IMG/VR virus record: IMGVR_UViG_3300028048_000105
Length of the DNA: 64,000 bases
Strand: one strand, 5' to 3'
Source: a virus
Lineage: Duplodnaviria > Heunggongvirae > Uroviricota > Caudoviricetes
The position numbers and the translations under genes are program-made. Below, one piece after another: positions 29,751-38,849 of this stretch. The notes below the pieces were generated by a model that saw only the letters and a list, made by a program, of their open reading frames with translations, was not told the DNA's origin and ran no database searches. Within the stretch, counting starts at the first letter, position 1; each line of letters begins with the position of its first letter.

Positions 29751-29822
29751 TGATCCGTAGCTCAATGGTAGAGCACCCGGCTGTTAACCGGGGCGTTGAG
29801 GGTTCGAGTCCCTCCGGATCAG
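29751..29822 (+). tRNA. tRNA-Asn (GTT)
   Basis: acceptor TGATCCG/CGGATCA, D-arm TAGCTCAATGGTAGAGC, anticodon loop CTGTTAA, T-loop TTCGAGT. Confidence 0.75.
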
Positions 29823-29827
29823 CTCAT

Positions 29828-29909
29828 GCGTTGGTAGTCCAGCGGCGAAGACAGCTGACTGTAAATCAGCCACAAAGAAACACCGGAGGTTCGAGTCCTC
29901 CCCAGCGCA
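29828..29909 (+). tRNA. tRNA-Tyr (GTA), long variable arm
   Basis: anticodon loop CTGTAAA, long variable arm, T-arm GGAGG-TTCGAGT-CCTCC. Confidence 0.7.
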
Positions 29910-29913
29910 CTAT

Positions 29914-29986
29914 ACTTCCGAGGACAAACAGCAGAGTCACCGCCCTGTCACGGCGGAGATAGCGGGGTCAGCACCCGTCGGAAGTG
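29914..29986 (+). tRNA. noncanonical tRNA-like, anticodon GTC (Asp); possible pseudogene
   Basis: Good acceptor (ACTTCCG/CGGAAGT) and anticodon arm (CCGCC-CTGTCAC-GGCGG) but D-loop lacks GG and T-loop is GTCAGCA. Confidence 0.4.
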
Positions 29987-29991
29987 TTCCT

Positions 29992-30064
29992 GCTCCTGTA
30001 GCACAACTGGCAGTGCATCTGATTTGTAATCAGAAGGTTTCCGGTTCGAAGCCGGACGGGAGCT
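29992..30064 (+). tRNA. tRNA-Thr (TGT)
   Basis: anticodon loop TTTGTAA, T-arm TCCGG-TTCGAAG-CCGGA, acceptor GCTCCTG/CGGGAGC (one G-U). Confidence 0.7.
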
Positions 30065-30068
30065 TTAT

Positions 30069-30140
30069 GGATCTGTAGTATAAAGGCTATTACACCCGGC
30101 TGTCTACCGGAAAACGAGGGTTCGATTCCCTCCTGATCCG
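30069..30140 (+). tRNA. tRNA-like, anticodon GTC (Asp) with several stem mismatches
   Basis: canonical T-arm GAGGG-TTCGATT-CCCTC; acceptor with one mismatch; anticodon loop CTGTCTA. Confidence 0.45.
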
Positions 30141-30145
30141 CTCAT

Positions 30146-30219
30146 GTGCCTGTAGCTCAGTTGGCAGAGCACGCGACTTTTAATCGCGGTGGCGTCGGGT
30201 TCAAGTCCCACCAGGCACA
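30146..30219 (+). tRNA. tRNA-Lys (TTT)
   Basis: D-arm TAGCTCAGTTGGCAGAGCA, anticodon loop CTTTTAA, acceptor GTGCCTG/CAGGCAC. Confidence 0.7.
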
Positions 30220-30462
30220 CTAAATATTGAAAAATTCAAGGAAAGGAAGGAAAAACAATGATGACAACAGAAATGAGACAGTGTCCACAGAGAAGTATCA
30301 GTCAGCCGCAGTCATGCAGCTGGCGCAGTTGTCGTGCTCGTAAATACCGTCTCAAATTGAAAGAAATGTGGTCATTGCCTGGGAATTTCTGGGAAAATGT
30401 TGGAAATACTTAAGAAAACGGGGCATACATCTTTCGATTGAGAGGTGTGTGCCTTTATTTTT

Positions 30463-30545
30463 GCTGTACTGGCTCAACCGGAAAAGCAGCGGTCTTAAAA
30501 CCGCCATTCCGAAAGGATATTAGGGTTCGAATCCCTGGCACAGCG
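30463..30545 (+). tRNA. tRNA-Leu (TAA), class II
   Basis: anticodon loop CTTAAAA, long variable arm, T-arm TAGGG-TTCGAAT-CCCTG. Confidence 0.65.
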
Positions 30546-30576
30546 CTCTCCTCCCTTATCAGGGGAACCCATATAT

Positions 30577-30648
30577 GGCATCATAGCCAAACGGCTAAGG
30601 CGTCCGGTTGCAACCCGGAAGGTGAGGGTTCGATTCCCTCCGATGCCT
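30577..30648 (+). tRNA. tRNA-Cys (GCA)
   Basis: anticodon loop TTGCAAC, T-arm GAGGG-TTCGATT-CCCTC. Confidence 0.65.
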
Positions 30649-30653
30649 CTTAT

Positions 30654-30743
30654 GCAGACATATAAAGGTAACTGGTACCCCTCCACACTGCTAATGTGGC
30701 ATGCGGCACAACCGCTGTCCGGGTTCGAACCCCGGTGTCTGCG
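30654..30743 (+). tRNA. tRNA-Ser (GCT), long variable arm
   Basis: acceptor GCAGACA/TGTCTGC, anticodon loop CTGCTAA, T-arm CCGGG-TTCGAAC-CCCGG. Confidence 0.7.
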
Positions 30744-30749
30744 CTATAT

Positions 30750-30817
30750 ACACCTGTCTGATGGACAGAAAGTGGTCTCCAAAACCGCCAACGAGGGTTC
30801 GATTCCTTCCGGGTGTG
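30750..30817 (+). tRNA. noncanonical tRNA-like, anticodon CCA (Trp), shortened D-arm
   Basis: anticodon loop CTCCAAA, T-arm GAGGG-TTCGATT-CCTTC; only 68 nt. Confidence 0.4.
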
Positions 30818-30902
30818 CTCCTTTGTTCTCTTTGCTCACGGGCACGAATCGTGTGGGCGACGCCAGACTTTTCTGTAATTTCATTTAAAAAAGGGATATC
30901 CG

Positions 30903-30985
30903 GGAGTCGAACCCGGAAACAGCTTACGCTGCGTCCTCACTATCCCTCCCGGGTATTACCCGGAAGCGTAAACAAATATCGAAAG
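30903..30985 (-). ncRNA. tRNA-like structured element, copy 2 (3' half only; T-loop GGTTCGACTCC)
   Basis: Same element as 27736-27882 but lacks the promoter-proximal part; abuts the tRNA cluster in opposite orientation. Confidence 0.4.
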
Positions 30986-31091
30986 AGCTTTTAAAAAACT
31001 TACACCGTGTCCTGCTTGAGCCTTTTCAAAGTAAAAGGGCATATACCCTGAGCAAATAAGCTCTAGTATATGCCTTAAATTACATATTCCG

Positions 31092-32876
31092 TTAAATCAG
31101 ATTACCGTCAGCCTGCTCCTGATTGGAGTTATCTGCCACAGAACGAATCGTCTCTGCATTCTCTTCCGCAAAGTCAGAATCAATGCCGGAATTTGCGGTT
31201 CCATTTTCGTCCGCTTCACTCTTTGATCCACCAGAAATTGTCACCATGTCATTAATGCCGGTCAAATTAACATTGCGGTTAACCTTCGCATCGTAAGACT
31301 CAGCATTAACAATGCTTGTCAGATCAATTCCAGTCGCTTCCTTAACGCTTTCAAAGACCTTTGCCATAACAACAGGTACATTTCCGGCAACCTGATCGAC
31401 ACCATTGCCGCCCTCGCCGCCTCCGATGATTGTAATCTTATCAATCTGTCCAAGCGGCTCGGCAACTTTGGCTGCAATCTCCGGAAGCACTTTAATCATC
31501 ATTTCCGCAACGGCAGCCTTATTGTATTTCGAATAAGCTTCCGCTTTCTTCTCCATCGCCTGTGCCTCTGCAAGACCCTTCGCCTCGATCGCTTCTGCTT
31601 CTGCCTTACCTACAGCGGCAATACCTTCCGCTTCAGCTCTCTTGACCGCAAGGATACCTTCCGCTTCTTTCTTCTTCGCTTCCTTGTCTGCCTCTGCCTT
31701 AATCTGCTGGATTTCTGCTTCTTTCTCCTGCTGATATTTTTCTGCATCGGCCTGACGGGATTTTTCAATCAGATTTGCTTCTGCAGCCTGCTGTCTGCTG
31801 TACTTATCTGCATCCGCCTGCTTCTTTACCGTCGCATTAAGTGTCTGTTCTGCAACCTGTGCTTCCTTTTCTCGAAGTTCAACAGTTCTTTCCTGCTCCG
31901 CAATATCTGCATTAACCTTTGATGTTTCAATCGCCTTACGCTGTTCCTGTTCCTGGATCTTGTATGCAGCATCCGCAATCGCCTTCTTTGTGTCAGAAAG
32001 CTGTTGCAACTCTGCCTTCTTGATTGCAAGGTCGTTCTGCTTCTCAGCAATTTCCGTGTCAGCGGCAACTTTTGCATCATTTGCTTCTCTTGCTGCCTTC
32101 GCTTGCGCAATTGCAACGTCTTTGTCTGCCTCTGCCTTTGCAATACTTGCACTCTTCTGAATGGCAGCCATGTTGTCCATACCAAGGGCATTGATCAGAT
32201 CCTGCTCGTCCTCAATACGCTGGATATTGCAGGACTCGATCCATACACCAAGGGCATTCATGTCCGGCTGTGCCTTACTCTGGACCTCATCACCAAAGGA
32301 TTTACGATCCTGGCACAAAGCGCGTAAAGTCTGCGTACCAACGATTTCGCGCATATTTCCCTGTAAGGAATCCTGTAATGCCTCGATAATGTTGGATTCT
32401 TTCATATTAAGGAAATTCCGCATTGCCGCACGCGCCATATCTTCTGTAATCTTGATTGTTACGGCCTCTGTATGAGTTGAATATTCCTTATCCCCATCTT
32501 TTGTATTGCTTCCGTCAGTAATCTCATCAACGATTGTTCTGGTATAGGTTTTCTCTTTGCCTACATCCTGCATGGAAATCAGACGGATTTTTGCAATCGC
32601 ATCAATATCAACACCAATGAAGTCTTTCGTTGGAACATAACCTCCGGTTTTAATATCAATACCGATCTGCTTCAACAGAAGTTCGTCTTTTCTTTCCAGA
32701 AAAGGAATCTTAATTCCCGCCCGGCCAATTAACACCTTTGGCACTTTCTTAAGTCCGGAAATGATGTACGCCTTGTCTGCTGGCGCTTTGACATACCCAC
32801 TGGCAAGTATGCAGATAAGGATCACAACAACAGCAACAACCGCAATAATAATAGGATCTAATGGTAAACCACTCAT
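31092..32876 (-). CDS. flotillin-like SPFH/Band-7 domain protein
   Basis: N-terminal TM then SPFH domain, long EA-rich coiled coil (flotillin repeats); 594 aa; module A promoter at 33026-33056. Confidence 0.75.
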   Translation of the reverse strand: MSGLPLDPIIIAVVAVVVILICILASGYVKAPADKAYIISGLKKVPKVLIGRAGIKIPFLERKDELLLKQIGIDIKTGGYVPTKDFIGVDIDAIAKIRLISMQDVGKEKTYTRTIVDEITDGSNTKDGDKEYSTHTEAVTIKITEDMARAAMRNFLNMKESNIIEALQDSLQGNMREIVGTQTLRALCQDRKSFGDEVQSKAQPDMNALGVWIESCNIQRIEDEQDLINALGMDNMAAIQKSASIAKAEADKDVAIAQAKAAREANDAKVAADTEIAEKQNDLAIKKAELQQLSDTKKAIADAAYKIQEQEQRKAIETSKVNADIAEQERTVELREKEAQVAEQTLNATVKKQADADKYSRQQAAEANLIEKSRQADAEKYQQEKEAEIQQIKAEADKEAKKKEAEGILAVKRAEAEGIAAVGKAEAEAIEAKGLAEAQAMEKKAEAYSKYNKAAVAEMMIKVLPEIAAKVAEPLGQIDKITIIGGGEGGNGVDQVAGNVPVVMAKVFESVKEATGIDLTSIVNAESYDAKVNRNVNLTGINDMVTISGGSKSEADENGTANSGIDSDFAEENAETIRSVADNSNQEQADGNLI

Positions 32877-33188
32877 ATATTTTCCCTCACATTCTTTATG
32901 AAATTTTTAAATTGCTATATACGTATATTTTTTAAAAATTAACACTCAATAAGCACCACTGCTCCTTTCAAAGCACAAACACTGACTATTGTGCTTCCAA
33001 AATTTTATTATTTCGTCTTCATTACGTATATTGCGCCATCTGTATAAACGTCAAAATTTTTTACATATTTTTGAAAATTTTTTTAAAATAAAAAAAGAAC
33101 CTCATCCAAAGGCTCTTTTCTTACGATAAAACTTACAAGAATGCTCGTATATTCAATATACGAGATGAATTGTGCGAAGCCACACACT

Positions 33189-34722
33189 CTACGCAACAAA
33201 TACAAGCCCCTCGTTGTGTCTTATGATCCGGCATTTCTTTGCCGGGTAGTTTGTTTTCTTATCACCATACACACGAAGATACTGACCGTTTGACAACTGC
33301 CCGGACAATACATGGTATTCACCCATGTATTCGAACAGGGCACCAGGCATCAGACGGTCCGGATTGTTGTAACGTCTTGTGCTCTTCTCAACGGTCAGCT
33401 GCGACCGCATCCGGTCTGCCTCTTTCCGGCCATGACATTTAACCTGTTCTTCATACCAGCCGGAAAGTGACGGGCACTTTTGTTCAAACCGCGGTCTGCG
33501 GTTCTTTGCAATGATCTTTCCATTGAGTCTGTATGTCCTCTCCCTCTGGTTATTGATAATTGCACGGTCATGTCTCCGGAACTGTACGATTTTATGTACA
33601 TAGGTAAACCCCGGGGCTGCCGCCGGTATCAAACCGGCACCAAGGCAGGCAATGCAGAAAGCATCTGCTTCGTGCATTTGGTTATCCTTTGTCTTTTCAT
33701 AGCCAAGGGACTGTCTTGCCATGGAAGTATCCCTGCCTGTGCAGGCATTCAGGTGTTCCGTGTCGACATGTTCTGAAAGGCTGCTCCAAATATACGGGAT
33801 TGCCTGGTTTAACACACTTAAGGCACCGTACTTTTTCAGGATACCGGCTTTCAGTTTCTCAAGCCGTGCTTTTGCATCAGGACTGGTATGTACCTTTCCG
33901 TGACAGCATTCACACAGCCCGGCGATGTTCTTTAAGGTATTGGAGCCGCCCTGTGACCGTGGCACGATATGATGGAAATGTCCGATATCGTTTCCACACA
34001 GAAGACATTTGCCGTGCTGCTGGTCATAAACTGCAGCATTGACATCCCCGTAGCCTTTCAGCGGTCCGTTCTGGAAATCAATGCCGGAAGTTTCCGGATC
34101 ATCCATTAATGCAAATGCAAAACGGTTGACTTCCAATGTCACATCCGTGACCGGAAGAAACTTCTGGATTTTTTTAATCACGTTAACATGGGTTTTCACA
34201 AGCTGTCCTGCGCTCGGGGTGAGCCATCCGGCTTCCCTTACCCGGTTGCAGAACCGTGCCTGTGTATTCCGGATAATCCTGCATGTGACGAACTTATCTG
34301 CAGCGTACTGTGGAAGTTTCCGCATGACCATGCCGGCTTTCAGCATGGTGCCAAAACGTCTGGCAAGCCGTTGGCGTGCCTTGCGTTCGCCATTGCGTGA
34401 CGCCCGGCGGTGTGCCCGGCGCTCATCGACCAGCTTTTTGATGTCCTTGTTGCGGGTTTCCACAACTGCCGAGAATACAGGTTCCGCATTTTCGTTGACC
34501 ACGCTTACGCCGATGTTGGTGCGTCCCGGGTCAATGCCTGCCATAAGTGGCTGCAGAACCGGCTCATTCTCATAAAGCAGCTGTATGGTGTAAGGAATGC
34601 GGCAGGCAATCCTTGCCTTACCAGCATCAAGCAGCTTTTTGATATATCTTTTCCTTTTTGTCGGCATCTGCGGTTTCCCGTCCCTGCCAAGCACATATAT
34701 GTAGTCTGTATCCGGCATGTGA
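33189..34722 (-). CDS. iscB: IscB (OMEGA RuvC-HNH RNA-guided nuclease)
   Basis: PLMP-like N-term, RuvC-I GIDPGRTNIGVSV, Arg-rich bridge helix, HNH CLLCG..HHIVPRSQGG..N..LCECCH; start at M-PDTDYIYVL with AAGGAGGG RBS (ORF-track 34919 start is an extension through the ωRNA). Confidence 0.85.
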
Positions 34723-34995
34723 TGCCCTCCTTTTTGTTTCATTAAATGTTGCGTGCAGTACCGCCGTCCAGCGTATCGGACAGCACCGGTTGTAAACCTG
34801 TGCACACCTTGTCGTACTGTTTCCCTAAGCTGGGTGGACACTCTGCATTGTGCCGGACTGGGAAAATCCGGCAGTGCCTGCCTTGTGACACGTATCCATC
34901 CATGCTTCTGCTCAACCACCAGTCAGACTGGATGATTCAGCAGCTCCGAAGAACCGCTTCCTCATGCTCGGTTATTCAATTGCCGAGTTTGGTTG
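34723..34995 (-). ncRNA. candidate IscB ωRNA #1
   Basis: about 270 nt structured noncoding region immediately 5' of iscB, beginning at the element-end hairpin; by analogy with described IscB ωRNAs. Confidence 0.5.
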
Positions 34996-35310
34996 ACTTT
35001 TCCCTGTCATGATCTCTTCGTAAAAATAATTTTGATTAAGTAACAGCTTTTTGCTTTTCTCAATATATGTAAGGATATCCTCCAATGAATAACCACATTC
35101 CATCAACTGGAATCCAAACGAATCCATTCCCCATCCTTCACCAGCTTTGATGATTGCATTAATTACAGAAGCAGAAACACCACGCTTCAGCAAAAAGTAA
35201 TAATAATCTAAAGTGCATAACATCTGATTGCCACGCAATACAGCCAGCTGTTCTTCTGTAAATCCTTCTTTTTCTGCTTTTTCCAGTAATTTAATCTGTC
35301 CTTTTCTCAA
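34972..35310 (-). CDS. hypothetical protein; 3' end formed by IscB element insertion
   Basis: 112 aa ORF whose last codons run into the IscB element end. Confidence 0.4.
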   Translation of the reverse strand: MRKGQIKLLEKAEKEGFTEEQLAVLRGNQMLCTLDYYYFLLKRGVSASVINAIIKAGEGWGMDSFGFQLMECGYSLEDILTYIEKSKKLLLNQNYFYEEIMTGKSQPNSAIE

Positions 35311-36104
35311 TTATGGTTAATCCTTTCTTTTGCAATTTTGAAATAGTTTTCTTCAAGTTCTATACCAATAAATTTACGGTTTAGAAGTTTGCATGCTACA
35401 CCAACCGTTCCAGATCCCATACAATTATCCAGGACAATATCACCTTCATTGGAAAATGTTTTGACAAGTGTCTCACATAAAAGCAATGGTTTTTGGGTTG
35501 GATGCAAATTTGAAGTCAGACAATCTCTTTGGAATTTCCAAACTTGCGTAGGGTAACGCCACCCAGTATCATTATACTCAATTACTTTTTTTTCATTTTC
35601 ATCTGTAAGTTTTCCGAGTTTACCATTTTTTACCCTGTTTTTCCTTAGTTTCCCTTCATGCTTAACCATTTGAGGATTATATGTACATTGTTTTTTATAA
35701 AATACAGATATTGTCTCTACAGTTTTCCCAACTCTCCGTTTAACCTGATTAATATTTGTTAACCGCTCTTTTTCCCAGTAAATATCATACTTGTAATCGC
35801 TGATATTGCTTACCCTTAATAAAGAAGAAAATGGCTCCTGTCCAAACAATACGATTGCAGCATTATCTTTTGCAATACGACTATATTGATCCCACATTGG
35901 TTTAAATGGTATTACGATATCCCATTTGCACTTAGTTGTCCCATATGGCAGATCACATAAAATCATATCTATTGATTTATCAGGAATAGATTTCATTAAT
36001 TCCAGACAATTTCCATTCCACAATTCATAACTGTATTTTTCCAACATATTTAAACCTCTGTGTATCCGTATTTGACGATAAGAAACTGCCCCGGCATGAG
36101 GCAA
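35307..36104 (-). CDS. DNA methyltransferase (N6-adenine/N4-cytosine family, DPPY-type)
   Basis: DLPYGTT catalytic motif and SAM-binding MGSGTVGVA motif; 265 aa. Confidence 0.7.
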   Translation of the reverse strand: MPHAGAVSYRQIRIHRGLNMLEKYSYELWNGNCLELMKSIPDKSIDMILCDLPYGTTKCKWDIVIPFKPMWDQYSRIAKDNAAIVLFGQEPFSSLLRVSNISDYKYDIYWEKERLTNINQVKRRVGKTVETISVFYKKQCTYNPQMVKHEGKLRKNRVKNGKLGKLTDENEKKVIEYNDTGWRYPTQVWKFQRDCLTSNLHPTQKPLLLCETLVKTFSNEGDIVLDNCMGSGTVGVACKLLNRKFIGIELEENYFKIAKERINHN

Positions 36105-36118
36105 CTTTGCGGATCTGA

Positions 36119-36496
36119 TTACTTTTGGAACTTCTTGATCAGCTCGTTAATATCCCCGGTATACAGCTTCGGCTTTCCATCCGGATCAAGTTCCTGGACC
36201 ATGCTCTGTCCAATACTGATGGCATACATTCCGGATCCGGAACAGCTTTTGTACGACTGCATCCACACCGTCTTATCTTTGATATTAACAAACTCCGTAA
36301 TCACCGTCGGATCTTCATCGTTGTTATCGACCTTCTGCTCGGAAATTGGAAGAAACGTAACATCCCCGCTTAATTTATATGATTCATCAGACAATAATGT
36401 CCCTTTCGCAATATCCGGCATCCGGCATCCGCCGATGAATAATCCGCTGCAGAAAATACATCCAATGACTGCAAACATCCCAATTCTTTTCCTCAT
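36119..36496 (-). CDS. lipoprotein
   Basis: signal peptide MRKRIGMFAVIGCIFCSGLFIGGC; C-terminal domain shared with 21507..21692. Confidence 0.5.
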   Translation of the reverse strand: MRKRIGMFAVIGCIFCSGLFIGGCRMPDIAKGTLLSDESYKLSGDVTFLPISEQKVDNNDEDPTVITEFVNIKDKTVWMQSYKSCSGSGMYAISIGQSMVQELDPDGKPKLYTGDINELIKKFQK

Positions 36497-36816
36497 CTGT
36501 TTTCTCCTCCTGTTTCTGATATTTTCCCGATTTTTTCCCGCATTACCCGATATTTCTCCGCAAACGACATATATCGTTTAATAAGATTTTCCCACGGCAC
36601 ATCCACGCAATGGCGATCCCTGTGTGCTTCCCATTTTCCTTTATCCAAGGCCATTACTTCTTTAATCGTACAAAAACCACGGATTTTCTGTGACCCGCTT
36701 TCGAGAAGCGCAATCTCTTCTCCTACATGGGAAGTCCTGCATCCGCGGATCTCCAGAGTCTTTTTTCCGGACATGATTAAATCCAGCCACTTTTTCTTAA
36801 TGATAAGACCATACAT
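36493..36816 (-). CDS. ASCH domain protein
   Basis: LIIKKKWLDLIMSGKKTLEIR motif. Confidence 0.5.
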   Translation of the reverse strand: MYGLIIKKKWLDLIMSGKKTLEIRGCRTSHVGEEIALLESGSQKIRGFCTIKEVMALDKGKWEAHRDRHCVDVPWENLIKRYMSFAEKYRVMREKIGKISETGGENR

Positions 36817-37253
36817 TACGTTTCACCTATTTCCGGTTCCTTAACCTCAATCTGCTTGAATACAGCTTCGCCATCTTCAATGTAAATCAAGGTAGGATCG
36901 TAAAATTCTTCATATCTCGTGTAGCCAATGAATCCAAAGGTACAGATATGTGGTGCCAGCCAGTCAATGAACTTTTTGATTTCGGAATCTTGATTTATTA
37001 AGTTAGCCCTGATATTGACTTTCCATGTATTCGAAATATTATCGAATTTCATTTTGCTGCAGGTTTTTCCACCAAAATAATAACTGTCACAGCATGCAAT
37101 ACCGAACCATCTGTCACATTTAAAAAAATCGTGATCCGGTAATTCTGTTGGCATTTCTGTGCCTTCAATAAGGTATTGCAGAATATTCACTATTTTCTCC
37201 GGTGTATTTTCAAACATATCAAAACATACGTTAATTTCCGTGTAATTTCCCAT
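36816..37253 (-). CDS. hypothetical protein
   Basis: 145 aa. Confidence 0.45.
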   Translation of the reverse strand: MGNYTEINVCFDMFENTPEKIVNILQYLIEGTEMPTELPDHDFFKCDRWFGIACCDSYYFGGKTCSKMKFDNISNTWKVNIRANLINQDSEIKKFIDWLAPHICTFGFIGYTRYEEFYDPTLIYIEDGEAVFKQIEVKEPEIGET

Positions 37254-37289
37254 TGTAAGTTACTCCTTTTCCGACAGCCGGGATGCCGG

Positions 37290-37826
37290 CTACCATATCG
37301 TTACAGCTTTTCTCTTTCCTGCCTTTTCTCCTGCCGGATGGTATTCTCTATCCTGTTTCGACCGCTCAAAACTTTCATGCACGCTTAAGGAGTTTCCTTT
37401 GCCATACGCAAATGTATTCCCCGCACCCGTCTGGCGTTTCTGCATGGCTGCACTCGGCCGCCAAACAGCCTGTACTGTTCTGGCAGTTTGTGGAAATGTT
37501 TCCGCAGTATCAGTTGATTTGGATGATAAGCCATGGGGTTCCCCAAAAAGACGGGTATGCTGGTATTCCTTAAACTCTTCTTCCGTAAGTACGGATTTTA
37601 TAAGTACCCGGTAGATAAAAGGATGTTCCGATTTAACTTCAATTTTCCCGTTTAAAACGAGTTCCCCAAGTATGCGTTTCATTCGTGCAGGATAACTTTT
37701 CATCTCTTCGCTTAATTTTTTATATGATATTTTCTTCCAGCTGATATTTTCTCCAGTCCCGGCGCTTTTCAGGTTGTGTTCAAGTACGTATACCATTGCT
37801 TCATAATCTTTTATTGTTTCCATCAT
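37290..37826 (-). CDS. hypothetical protein
   Basis: 178 aa. Confidence 0.45.
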   Translation of the reverse strand: MMETIKDYEAMVYVLEHNLKSAGTGENISWKKISYKKLSEEMKSYPARMKRILGELVLNGKIEVKSEHPFIYRVLIKSVLTEEEFKEYQHTRLFGEPHGLSSKSTDTAETFPQTARTVQAVWRPSAAMQKRQTGAGNTFAYGKGNSLSVHESFERSKQDREYHPAGEKAGKRKAVTIW

Positions 37827-37835
37827 ATATCCCTC

Positions 37836-38135
37836 CTACGGACGAATATGGAATCCGAACGAAAAACGTTCATTGATCTCTTTTCGGATCATGTCCATTA
37901 CTTTCGGGTCATTTGTGTAGAACATTGGAATCCCGGTACCATCCGGTTTGCATTCAATTCCTTTTTTTCGGATCTTTTCTATAATCTTTTCCTTTTCACT
38001 TGCCGGAGGGATATATGATGGCACCTCCGGTGTTTCTGATGCTTTCTTTGGCATATTATATCTCCTTGCTTTATATTTTATATTCTTTTCTGTCACCATC
38101 TTTTGTGGTACCAGACAATATTTCAACCCATACAT
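37836..38135 (-). CDS. hypothetical protein (start probably internal; ORF-track start lies inside a CRISPR repeat)
   Basis: 99 aa ORF. Confidence 0.35.
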   Translation of the reverse strand: MYGLKYCLVPQKMVTEKNIKYKARRYNMPKKASETPEVPSYIPPASEKEKIIEKIRKKGIECKPDGTGIPMFYTNDPKVMDMIRKEINERFSFGFHIRP

Positions 38136-38217
38136 CCCATAAGGGATGCAACTATATCTATGCAGGCAGCGACGATTCAGTATAATATTTCAACCCTGCA
38201 CCCTTGCGGGGTGCAAC
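38121..38217 (-). CRISPR. Satellite mini-array: 2 repeats (38121-38152, 38188-38217) + 35-nt spacer
   Basis: TTTCAACCCATACATCCCATAAGGGATGCAAC and TTTCAACCCTGCACCCTTGCGGGGTGCAAC; perfect hairpins; located between two co-oriented ORFs. Confidence 0.6.
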
Positions 38218-38256
38218 TATAACAGTAGCTTAAAGCTATTCACTAACTTTGTTTGC

Positions 38257-38598
38257 CTAGTATATCAGTTTTGTTCCGCATTTCGGACAATGATTTGGAC
38301 GCTGCTCACGGTAATCGTCGATCGTTGCAACCTCATATCCGCAGAATGGACATTCAATATAATCATCCGCATCGTGCCCCTGGTAATGGACATCCATTCC
38401 ATACATAAACCTCTGCTTTAGTTTTTCAACGGATTCTTTTGCTTCCTGCAAAACATCTGCAGAATTCTCGAGCAATTCCACGGCGCCCTCGACTTCCCGC
38501 CCTGTTGATTCTTTTTCGTATGCATCAGCATATGCCCGAAGTTTCCGGATCAACTCGTCCATCTTTTCCCCTCCATATTGTTTTTTCTGTAATTTCAT
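38257..38598 (-). CDS. zinc-ribbon protein
   Basis: CPFCG..CPKCG; preceded by tRNA-like leader copy 3 and module A. Confidence 0.5.
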   Translation of the reverse strand: MKLQKKQYGGEKMDELIRKLRAYADAYEKESTGREVEGAVELLENSADVLQEAKESVEKLKQRFMYGMDVHYQGHDADDYIECPFCGYEVATIDDYREQRPNHCPKCGTKLIY

Positions 38599-38606
38599 TT
38601 AAAAAA

Positions 38607-38750
38607 GGGATATCCGGGAGTCGGACCCGGAACAGCTTACGCTGCGTCCTCACTATCCCTTCCGGGTATTACCCGGAAGGGTAAACAAATATCGAAAGGA
38701 TTTCTGCCAGCCGGTAACCCTGACAGCCCGGTTTATGACCTTTACAATAC
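38607..38750 (-). ncRNA. tRNA-like structured leader element, copy 3 (ends CCGGGUCCGACUCCCGGAUAUCCCUUUUUU)
   Basis: Hairpin + U-run 35 nt upstream of the downstream start codon (intrinsic-terminator-like). Confidence 0.45.
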
Positions 38751-38782
38751 ACATATTGCGCCATCTTAAAAATCGTCAAAAT
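38750..38782 (-). promoter_or_regulatory. Module A promoter copy
   Basis: ATATTGCGCCAT..AATCGTCAAA. Confidence 0.45.
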
Positions 38783-38849
38783 TTTTTTAAAAAAATATTG
38801 TATTTATTTTTATACATAGTATCAACCTTTTATTTTTAATATAATATTA

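Larger units (their letters stand above)
33140..34995 (-). mobile_element. IscB-type IS200/IS605-superfamily element #1 (ωRNA + iscB) with terminal hairpins
   Basis: 5' hairpin CTCGGCAATTGAATAACCGAG (minus, about 34975-34995) and 3' hairpin CTCGTATATTGAATATACGAG (about 33140-33160). Confidence 0.6.

Noticed and set aside
31826-32191. 121-aa R/Q-rich ORF antisense/out of frame within the flotillin gene
   Set aside because: Artefact of the repetitive EA/KQ-rich coiled-coil coding region of the 594-aa SPFH protein.
38700-38790. Conserved ATGGCGCAATAT could start a leader peptide MAQYV.CKGHKPGCQGYRLAEILS (three copies; 81-aa ORF 41150..41395 in the track)
   Set aside because: In seven of ten module A copies the frame stops after 5-9 codons. 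The long versions coincide exactly with the repeated structured RNA element, so conservation is explained at the nucleotide/RNA level. Coding is not excluded for copies 27884/38750/41366 but is unsupported.
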